Positions 1 through 11,553 of a stretch of 64,000 bases of DNA are shown piece after piece. Source of the stretch: Tubiluchus corallicola (lineage: Eukaryota > Animalia > Priapulida); NCBI GenBank assembly GCA_030141605.1, contig JAQGDQ010000008.1:744001-808000 (forward strand), in the 5' to 3' direction. The notes under the pieces were generated by a model. It was not told where the DNA came from and searched no databases. It worked only from the letters and a program-made list of their open reading frames with translations. The translations under genes and the position numbers were made by a program. Within the stretch, counting starts at the first letter, position 1. Every line of letters starts with the position of its first letter.

Positions 1-39
1 TTATGGTAATAGCTTAATTGGATTGCTTTTTTATTTCAG

Positions 40-138
40 CCTGATGTGCATCAGCTTGGAGACATAAAAGAGGGATTAAAACGTTCCAGTGTTCGACAGA
101 TGTCAGGTAGTTCTGACGAGACACCTGTTGTTAAAAAG
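40..138 (+). CDS. GLYR1: GLYR1 linker exon (PDVHQLG...TPVVKK)
   Basis: tttcag|CCT ... AAG|gtaaac, 99 nt, open, phase 0/0. Confidence 0.7.
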
Positions 139-3100
139 GTAAACATTTCTTACCTTTGCTTGACTATCTTTAAAAGTTACACTGAATTGAGTGAAAGTCA
201 CAAATCCGACAATCCTAACAAGCACCAATAGCTTTAAAAATATTCCTTAGTAAGCACATCTTTGTTATTATTGTTATTAGGATAGTGATTTGTACTTTTC
301 TGGTTTTTTGACTTCTCCTTATAGTATGTAATTGAATTAACAGACCTTATTCAATTTCTCAACAGACATCCAATCGCTAAAGTTGCAGGATTTTGTAAGC
401 AAGTGCAACATTTACATTTTGAAGCTTTATTCATATGCTGCTCAAAACATGAAACTCTAAACACAATAATAAAGATTACATATTCAGTAGGCCCCGTTTA
501 TTAGACTCATGGTTAATAGAATCAGTCGCTTAATTGGCTCAAGAACATCTGATATGGGTTGCTTCTATTCAAATGTATATAAAAACTGTCGGCAATTGGC
601 TCAAATAATATGTGTAATTGACTTGATATTTTTGCTTCACGTACGACTCTTGTGTGTGACCAAAAAGCTTTTATTACATCTATGCCACCTCTTCTTTGTT
701 TTTATACACTATAATTTATTTAGAGGCATATGTTTATTATGTACTAATAACCTATCGCAACATTTTTGCTTTGAATTTGTCAAGCACTCGTCCGCTGCGG
801 CTAACCTTGTTGCCCAAAAATTTATGAAAGCTAAACTTTTAATCACATGCCTAACAGTTTCCTTTTGTAGCTTTTCACAGAACATTTAATTGGCTAACTG
901 TTGCTCTTATGCCACCGATGCAGCGACTGTAATCTGTTAATATTCCTTGCAACTTTACAAGTGCAGGCATCATAGAGGCAACTGAGAGGGTAGAATTAAT
1001 TTTAAAAAAATTAGCATAAGTTTAAAGACCTAATGTTTGGAGCTGTCATAGCCTTTGCAGTGTATATTAAGCTGAAGAGTGATGATGACTCACACTAGTA
1101 ATACTACACATGTCGGCTAATAGATTCAGATGGTTAATAAGTCAAAACATTCCGTTCCAAAGTGAGCGTATTAAATGGCTCTTACTGTTGTAGCTGACAT
1201 AAAGCTTCAAAAAGTTTTTGATAATATGCATAAATTTGCTTATTTTTTTCTTGTAATGCTATGATTTCAATGAAGTTAATTTTCGATGATCTGTAATTAT
1301 CAGAAAATGTACAATTTGTTAAAGGTAAAACGGGATGATGACAGTGTAGTCACCAAAACTGTACAGAAGTCTCCAGCAAAACTTCATGCGTCTCACATGA
1401 ATGATCGAGACAACCAAATGACTCAAATAAAACACAGAGTAGAGGTCGGTGTTTTGTTTCTAATTGTTTTTCTTTTTATTGCTTTGGAAGTTTAATCTAG
1501 AATTCAGAGCATTTGTTCTTTTTTATATCGATACAGACATTTGCATTGTATCACATAGGTCTTTGAGTTTTATGGAAGCTAAATTTGCAACATAATTACC
1601 ATATATATTAAAGGGGGAAGGTTATTCAGTGTTTTTGTTTGTTGTTTGGTCTGCATAGTGATACAGGGTATTTCATTGTTCCCCATCTTGTCACAGAAGC
1701 TTTGGCTAAAGCTAAAACAGTGCTACTTGACATGTGCTACGGCAGTGCTTAGATCTTCAGACTTTTTCTCTATGTGATTTGTGAAACCGGGATCCAACAC
1801 TTAATGAGCTACACCTAGATTTTTGGTGGCAATACTGGAATCTAGCTGTTAAGAATAATCCTTTAAGATTAGTTGCTAAATCGGCAGACATTGCCACATT
1901 CATAGATATATATTACAGAACATGTTTTATTACTCATGCAAGAGGCTTATCGAAGATTTCTATTAATCCTGTCCCCCCCCCTCTCTCTCTCTCGCTCTCT
2001 CGTGATCATTTTCTTCATTTCATGAAATCTGTCTATCTTTTTTCTTCTTTTTCTTTATTATTTCATCTTACTTACGGCAGATTTACAAACATTGTATATT
2101 GTTTGTAAATCTGCCGTAATCTGACATAAGCTACGCGTAACCCCTCATACTTATATAGGTAAATCCTGAGCACTGCCCATATTTGCTTTTTGTTTAGCAG
2201 TCAAGTCCTGATAGAATAACGCCACCACCCACAGACATGCCGATATACTCTCGGAATGAAACGTTTGCCAGCACGAAACCATTGCGATTTGGTTTCCTTG
2301 GCCAAGGCATCATGGGCAGTAGTATGGTACAGAACCTCATTAAATCTGGACACAAAGTTGTAGTGTGGAATCGGACGTCAAGTAAGGTAAGCACAAATTA
2401 TATGTTCTACACAGTTTTTTAGTTATTGGAGTTATGCCCCTGCTCAATGGGTTTTTGTCATTCAATAAAATGAATTAATTTCGAGACTGTTCGTTAATAA
2501 TAGAGTAAATGTTCAGTTAACAGTCTGCTTGGATCTTGCAGTTTCCAGTTCGGAGACAGATCAAGGGTTGGTCATGACATTTATCTGATTCTGTAGGCAT
2601 ATCTTAGAAAGAAATACAAATCTTCTCATTTATCTGGTCTAGTTTTTGGTCGTTGTGTTCAGTTTATATGTATTTTCCCATTCTGAAGCTAAATGTGGCT
2701 TTAGTGTGTGGAGGAAGCAAATTTTTATTTACTAAGGTCCTGGGCCTGTGTTATTTTTAAGAAAACAATTGTAATTTAATGTGGAACATTAATTACTTAA
2801 TTAAATTTATTTCAGTGGCAATTAACCACAACAGTAACATAATCACTACAATACAAATTTTCAAATTGCTCTGTATTTGATTGGAAGTATCAAGCATCAC
2901 GATATTAAGCAAGTAACAACATCGACTAATAGTGTTAAAGTTGAAACAAAACTGTTTATAAAGAAATAGTGCACAACACATTGGAACTATATGCAACAAT
3001 AATCTGTCAAGTTAATAAATACCTACTAACAAGCCTATTTAAATAAGACTCAATTAAGTACATTAAGAAAGTAGTCGCACTGTGTTAAAGCTATCTCAAT

Positions 3101-6100
3101 TACCTTTAGTTCTAGTTAAAACATGTAAGATGCATTCAAGTTGAAACAAATTATTTACAAATGGAAATGATGCAAAGCATACAGAAATTAACAATAAACA
3201 AATAAATATGCTAATTAATGGGGAAAGAGTTATTTAAATACAACTTAAGAAGCTTTATAATTTGAAAATGGTTGAGTAGTTTATGTATAGATTTGCATTT
3301 TGTCTATTTGAGAATTCCAAGGACAGCTAAACATATAAAAATTGCAGAGCAATCCACAATTTTTACATAGCAAATATCAATGCTAAAAATCGCATTAAAT
3401 AGAATTCTGTAATTTACTACACAAAAAAATAGGTTGCCTGCGCAGTTTTAGTATCATCCATGATATTTAAAATAAAAATAATTATGTAATTCAGTGGTTC
3501 TCAAACTGGGGGAATTCCCCCAAAGGGAGAGTTTTAGCTCTTCAAGGGTAGAATTTTTATGGGACTACAGGCCGGCTGCCTGGTAGACTCAAGCAGTTGG
3601 AATATTGATCTTATTACGTACAATATGATACTTATTACATATGAACTACAATTCTAGAAACTGTGCATAAAGTCGTAAACTGTGAGACATCACACAATTG
3701 AATTTCAGTTCTTAATTTAAAACAACTTTTAAATTCATCATCATTTTCTACTTATTCCTATTAAGTTTGAACAAGTGCACTATAAAAATAATCCAAGTAA
3801 ATCTAGAATGTGTAGAATCGGAAAATCTTGGAAAGGCGGAATGATAATCTAACATATTATCAAAAGAGTGCATGAAGCAAATCAGACAATCTTGGAAAGA
3901 GTTCCGAGAGGAATGATAATCGGACACATGGTGAAAAGGATACGTGCAGCAAAAGGGTTGAGAACCACTGATGTAACTGAAATTGAATTACTGCTTTCAT
4001 GATAGAACTGTCACAAAAGTAAATACAGACTTAGCATTTACTTGTAAAAATACTATCAAGTTAATTAACTTGGTACACATTTGCAACAACAAAAACATAA
4101 ACAAAAAATATATAATACAGTAAAGACGACTTATAGGACTAAGGTAAAAAATGATTTCAGCATGCGTTTCAAGGCAGAGAGAATATTTATGGAGAAAAAT
4201 TGACCAAACAGTTACTGCGTTTTGTAATATTCACAGTATCTAATAAAATTGAAACGTGTGTCTAGTAATAGTTTTCAAATTTCATTTTCAAAAAGTAACA
4301 CGCTAAACATCATCTACTACCATTCTCTGCGGTAATTTTGGCAGCTATTTTATTCAATTTGAAAATCTTATAGAGGTCACAGGTGAGAAAAATCCTCTTT
4401 CACTCACCAAAAATGATGTAAATTTCACAGTGTAACTGAGAAACTCCGAAATACACTTAGCACCTAATACTTGATGGCTATGACAAACTAAAACATTTCA
4501 TTACTGTTAATAAGGAATCAGTAAGAATCATAAAGTGAAAGACTTGCTTTGCATTCCTTGACAAAACTTGTTCAAATGTCAAACGTTTGATTCACTTGCA
4601 GTTTCTCTCAGTTGAATAGAATCGGCACTGCATTTAGCCTCGCTTAAACTAGTTTGCTGCTTTGCAGGTGAATTCTCTAACATAAAGCCCTCAGTCTTAT
4701 GCTCTGATCGCTTTTTATCACAAGTCGACAAATTACTACAACTAATTTTCTGCACACTTTCAACAGTTTTTGAACCAGCAAAACTTGTCATTGGTTCACC
4801 TAATAATGCACTTGATTGATCTTCATCGTTACTTGTTTTGTAGATATTTGGAAATGACCGAGCTTTGTATTTGTTGCCACTCTGATCACTTTCAAAGTCA
4901 AAATTCACTTCATTATCGTGTAACTCTGATTGCCTATGTAAGGAACAAGTACTTGGAAATAACACTTTGTTATACTGAGAGCCTGCCTCAGAAATGTTTT
5001 CCAATGAACAACGTGAATTTATGTCTTTCACGGTATGATATTCTGAACTACAAGTGTCGTCATCATCTGAATAATAATGATAGTGAGGACTGTCACTTAC
5101 TGTTTCTTCAGGAGACTCTGGTATCACATCACTGGCAATATCTGGAATTGGCACAGTAGCTATGTTGTCAAACAGAAATGAATCTATTGTAACTTCCGAG
5201 TCAAAGAGAATTGATCCTGTTTTGTTACCCTGCAGGGTTTTGCAGTTGTCTATGTTTAGACTTTCCACAATTTTTCCTAATGTCTTTTGTTGAATTTTAT
5301 ACTGCTTGTATATTTTTTCCATTTGTGTTGAGCTATAATCTCGCAAACGTTGCATCTGCATATTATACGAATCTCGTAAACGCTCTAACTGCCCAGATGC
5401 ATAATCCTTTACCCGGTTCACCTGGATGTTGTAATTTTCTCTGATTCTTTCTAATGTTGTCGCAGGGGTACTTGGTTCGGTTTCACTGATGTCATCTATT
5501 TCACTAACGGTTTCAGGAGTGTCACTATTTACACTGGGAACACCAGACTTGAAATGTCGGAATCTATCAAGTTGGTTAGCATAACTTTCCCGAATCCGTT
5601 CCATCTGCAATCTGTAATTGTCCCTAACGCGGGCTAATTGTTGTGAATAGTGGTCACGCAGGCGTTCCATCTGCTGCTGCTTATACGTTTCCATATTTTC
5701 TATTAATCGTTTTGCTTGTTGCCGTTTCGTAAGACGATCCTGACCACATGTGCAATTCTCTGCAGCCTTTTTGCGACTATAGGTTACAACAAGAGCAAAA
5801 ATGAAAAATGCAAAAGAGGTGCAAAAACCTATAAGCGTACTTTCTCTTTTTAAATCCATTAATATCTCATAGTTCAGTGCTAATCTCATTAGAGCCGTTG
5901 TATTGCCAACTCTGTTATAAGCTGCACAAGTATAATGTCCACCATCCTTCCGTAACACATAACTGATATACAAATTGCCATTGCTAAGCACTTTAACTCT
6001 CTCTGGATCACCTATTAGCACATTCTCATCAATCTTCTCTAGTTGATCATCCAAATTTGATGTAACAGATGCAGTTACATTAATTTTTACAGAGTTCGCT

Positions 6101-9100
6101 TCTCCTGAAATTTTGTCATCATCACTTGCACTGCTATTCAGATGAAGTTCATCATGAAGTGGTGTAGCCCACACTAAATCAGGCCTTGGATAGCCACTTG
6201 CTACACACTTTAACAGTGCTGCTGATCCAACTTTTGCTCTATTAATTTCATTAAAATCATCAATTTGAATGTAATCACAGTAGATTTCTTGCAATGACTT
6301 CATAAGTAAACGTCCAGCGTTTGTGGTGGGTTGACTGCACCTGGTAACATTTTGATCAGTAACTGTATGACCAGCTTGTGTTCCCCATTGATAAATCCAC
6401 TTTATATCGCAACTGCATTTCCAACTAGTTCCTGACAACTTGAGCTCAGATAAATTGTTTAGAAATGTAATGTCTGGTAGGGTATGTAAATGATCATTCT
6501 TGCTGATATCTATACTACGCACAGATGTTAGCCACTGAAAAGCATTATGATCAATTTCCGTTAATTGGCGATTTTCTGCCAGTTCTAGTTGTTTCAGATT
6601 TGTGAGGCCTTTCAGTGTGATACTGGTTACTTTTTCCAAAGCCCACATACGTCTTAAGACAAGTTTGTTCAAGTGAGATAAATGAGAAAATAAAGAGCTG
6701 GATAGTTGCAGCATGTTGTCAGCAAGGAATAAATCTTGTAAGCTAAGCAGTGGTTTAAACACCAAATTGTCAAGCCACGACAAGCCATTTTGTGTAAGAT
6801 CAAGATATTTTAGATACCTGAGCCCAGTGAATGCATCAGTATCTATCCTGCTTATTTTGTTTCTTGAAAGGTTCAGCTTTACTAGATGCAACTGTTGTTC
6901 AAAAATAAAGTTATTCAGGTGATTAATCTGATTCTGAGATAAGTCCAAAGTCTCTAACCACCATAAGTCTTTCATTACATCACCATCTAGACGTGATATT
7001 AAATTGTTTCTGACGTTTAAATATTTAAGGGTGGACGTTTTGTTAAATTTTTTATATTGCATATCTGTGATACGGTTATGACTAAGATCTAAGACTTCGC
7101 CGTTGTACCACAGTCCATGCGGGAATGTACTGATCTGGTTACGGCTGAGATTCACGTGCAAAATGGCAACATTAAAAACAAACCTAACTGATGAAAGATT
7201 GTTATCACTAAGGTCTAAATATTTTAGCTTCATTAATGGTTGGAAAGAGAATTTCTCAATTTTTTGAATTTTGCAGTTCACAATAGACAATTCTTCTACA
7301 TTAATGAAATTTCTTAATGAAGTACTATGCAATTCAGGCAAGTAACTGTCAGCAATGTTCACAATTCTGTACTGGCTACTATTTGGCACGTGCGGAAAAT
7401 GGTTGGCTTTTTCGCATCTTAACACATCTTCCTTGCATATGCACATCTGTGGACAGGACATTTTCTGTTGAAATGAACTGCCTTTGACAACTGTTGTTAA
7501 AACCATAAGCAGGAGTAACATTGCCACTAATGTCATCATATTTGTACACACTTCAAAAGTCATTCTTCATTACTGGTATCCATACTGAAAAACAGAATTT
7601 CACTTTCATGTTTCATGGGTTTATTTTGCATATAAATAATAATATAAAAATATAATAGTTGACTAAATTAAATTACGGTAGTGCAATGATTACAGTAATA
7701 AACAAACAGAAAATTCAGAACGTGTCGATTCAAGTAAGAGCTGAATAATATAAACTCAAAATATTTGGTAAAACCTATATTATCTGTTTCCCTTACTCCA
7801 CTTGTCCCATGGTAAAAAAATTTCTTACTTTAAAGTGGTAATATGACCATAGATTCTTTTTCTATATATATTCAGAAATAAGCAATATATTCTTAAAACA
7901 TGGATGGTAATATTCAGCCAGCTTGTCATCCGAGCACCAGGGCTTCTGCTGGCCTCAGCATTTTGCTTGATATCCCCCAGTCATTAAAAGCAAATTTGTA
8001 TCGATTGCAGCTTAGATTTCTTTTGTCTTTTTGCAAAATATCTTTCTGGTATATTTTTGATTTGAAAAATTTCTATTCCTTTCACTTAACATTGAATACT
8101 GCTGTACCTATTGCATTTTCATTCATTCCTCTTCTAGATATCACTACCCAGCAACAACTAGAAAATGGCGAATCTCGCACTGTAAGTGCGTTAAGTAAAT
8201 AGTTTATTTTAAGATGGAATAACAATAAAACACGAGGCTCCTTCTGGCCATAAAATGAAACAAAATATGGTAAGGAAAGCACAGTACGATGAAATTTAAA
8301 ATCATGGGACTTAAAACGAACTACTTAGCAATATGTAAGCTTGTTTTAATTGTACAAAATAATGTAATGTGGATTGTACAGTAAAATAATGTAATAAATT
8401 TTGCACAAAGAAATAACGTGTGTGTATATAAGGAACTATAATTTTTCTCGCCAAGATTGTTCATAATCGCAGTAATATAAGAAATGTCCATAGCGCGTTC
8501 ATTCACTCGTCTTTTGGCTATCAGGCCAAGTTATAAACTGCAACAAAGAAGTTGAAAAATGTACGCGAAATCACAAAATAACTCTTGAACTGATTGAAAC
8601 AAATCAGCCATTTTCGTACCCACAATGCTTCTGGTTTTTGAGGCACGTGCGGGAGAATGGGAACTACGCTTGCGCGTCGTCTGGCACTGGCTGGCAGCTT
8701 TCAGTAGGAATAATCAAACTGTGTTTGTAGCAATTTAATTCAAATTCATATTGGTTACTGCAAACAGTGAAACATGAGAGTGGCTAAGCAGGGGGAAGTT
8801 TTTGAATTTACTTTTCACAAGCAATCGTAACACTATTGGCTATAGGTAATATTGTAAGTTTTTCCTATTTTACATAAAAAGTGATAGCACATAAGCGGCC
8901 AAAAGTGGAATGACAATACAATTAATGGCTGACTGGCTGTCTTCAGTGTCCCTGTTAATGATTAAAGCTTGGAGTTAATTTCGTACGTATGCACAATGTC
9001 ATCGTCAACCAGTGTCATTCAAATGGGAATTACTTATGTAGGAAGAGCACTAGAATAATGTATTGACCTCATTCATTGATCATCCTGCTTGAGTCAATAC

Positions 9101-11520
9101 TGCCATTGACAAGAGGACGGCTTGATGCGTTTCTTAAGATGCATCACGCTGTCAGTGGCACGAGTTCCATCATTCTGAATATTCGCCGGGTATTTTTTGC
9201 AGAACCAACAAATTGACAGTCACTTCCGGTAAAACCGAAAAGATTTATAAATCGTCTAAGGGTCTGATGCTATACTCTTTGGTTTACGTTTTCACTTTCT
9301 TATTTTTTCTTTGATAAACACTTGTTCATACTTTCAGGTTCTCTGCTATTAATTGAAAGCTGAGCAGTTAATATCAAACGCGCTTTGAATTTAAAACAAG
9401 TTTTACAACATTTTATGTCTTGTCCTGGCTTTTGTTCTCAGTAGTGAAGTAGCTAAGTAGCAATAATTTAACACAACAAGAAAAAGTTATGCCCCAGGCC
9501 AGTGACAAAAATATGCGGTGATGTGAAAGTAATGTTTTGCTTTGCATAGTAAATGTCTGATTACCGAGAATTTTGTCTTGATGATTTATCCCTGTAGAAG
9601 TTGAACCAGTAAGTTACTTTTAAAAAATTGTTGTTTTTGTCTACATTAAGTTATTGAGCTGATTAACGAAAAAACGTTTTAAATTAGCCTAAAGGTGTGT
9701 AGTTAATCCATCTCACAAGTTTACAATTCAGTTGCACATCTGACTGTGACAATTATACGAATTTGGAATGTATTGTTGACGATGATCTTTTCTACCATTG
9801 AAACTCTGCTTTTTAAACTGCATGCCTGTTCTGTGTGAGTTGGTGCCGCCTTACTGATTCTTACGTTAGAACTGAAAAAAAAACTTGTTTACCATTTTAA
9901 ATGTAGCTGTACAACTTTAGATAAACGAAGTGAAAAATGAGATTGCATTATTCACTGTTCAGAACTGTTTCTCTAGTTTTTTTTTGAATTTTTTGTAATT
10001 TGCATCGTTTCATAACATTCTGGTTTAAATTATGCCGATGATTTTTATAAATATTTACTGTATTTTTATCATTAAACATGCCACTGCTATACCCAAGCCA
10101 AACTAGAGTATGTAAATGCACACATGTATGCAGAGTAAAGATGATCATGTCTGCCTGGCAACTGAACGTGTCAACATGTAATATTGACTTGAATATACTT
10201 ACTAGGGTAATGGTTATAAAATGTCTATATCATAGGTTAAACGATATTAACACACATTCTATTTACCATTTTTTGAATTGCCATTTTCTTCTTTAATTAC
10301 TTTATGAACATTCTTTTGCTACTTTAATAACTTATGTTTAACCATTTTTCTACTTTTATCCCTTACGAACAATCATTAATTTTGCTATATTAATCACTTT
10401 TCTAAAACCATTTGTTACTTATGAATAACAATTTGTTACTTTAATTGCTTATGAGTTATGAGTAACCATCTGCTACTCTGCTACTTTAATAACTGCACCA
10501 CAGGGAAAGTTGGAACACGGGATAAAGATGATCATATCTGCCTGGCAACTGAACGTTTCAACATGTAATATTGATTTGAATACACCTTACTAGGGTAATG
10601 GTTATGAAATGTCTGTATCATAAATTAAACCATATTAACACAGATCCTATTTACCATTTTCTTATTTAATTACTTTATGGACATTCTTTTGCTAATATTG
10701 ACTTTAACACACCTTAGTAGGGTAATGGTTATGAAATGTCTATATCACAAGTTAAACTATATTAACACACATTTTATTTACAATTTTCTTCTTTAATTAC
10801 TTTATGAACATTCTTTTGCTACTTTAACAACTTGTGTTTAACCATTTACTACTTTTGTCCCTTACGAATAATCATTAGTGTTGCTATGTTAATCAGTTAT
10901 TTGTTTCTTTGATCGCTTATGAGTTATGAGTAACCATCTCCTACTTTGCTACTTTAATAACTGCACTACAGGGAAAGTTGGAATACACTGAATGCCAGTA
11001 AGCTGCTTGATGCCCTTGGCTCACAACTCGCATTAGGTTTTCCATTCTAATTCTCATGTAATGAGCGAAGGAATAAATAGCAACTGAAAACTCCAATGGG
11101 TCCCATGAAGACCGTGTGCAGGCCGTTATAAAGAACGTGAGCTGTATGGCAACGAGCTACATAAAAGCAAAATCCATATATTGCCTCGTTTTCCGCGTAA
11201 TTTGATTAGGGGCCTTGGGCTTCCTTACTTGAGAGATGTCTTTTGCTCTGTTGCTTAATCATACAGCATTAAGGCAAATTGCTCTTTCCCTCTTCCCGAT
11301 GAAATGGTTTGAAGTCGCATTTCGCTGTAAATCACCGCTCTGCTAATATTGGGATTATGTGACGCTGAGCATGAAATGCTTACAGAACGTGTTTTATTAC
11401 TCGCGCAAGAGGTTTATGCGTTTATTGAAGATTTTTATTAAATCAATAAATTTTTAAATCTCTCCTGTCCCCTGTCTCTCTCTTTCGCTGCTGTCCCTCT
11501 CTCCCCTCCCTCTCCCCCTC

Positions 11521-11553
<33 letters not shown>

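Noticed and set aside
1078-1200. Possible C/D-box snoRNA (gtgatga ... ctga) in a GLYR1 intron
   Set aside because: No convincing terminal stem and no guide complementarity I can recognise.
4770-6922. + strand ORFs overlapping the LRR-Ig gene
   Set aside because: Antisense shadows of the real CDS with no recognisable motifs.
7900-8202. 100-aa ORF upstream of the receptor
   Set aside because: No recognisable domain or splice support.
10135-10990. Repeats as a CRISPR-like array
   Set aside because: Long degenerate tandem duplication without unique spacers, in a eukaryotic context with no cas genes.
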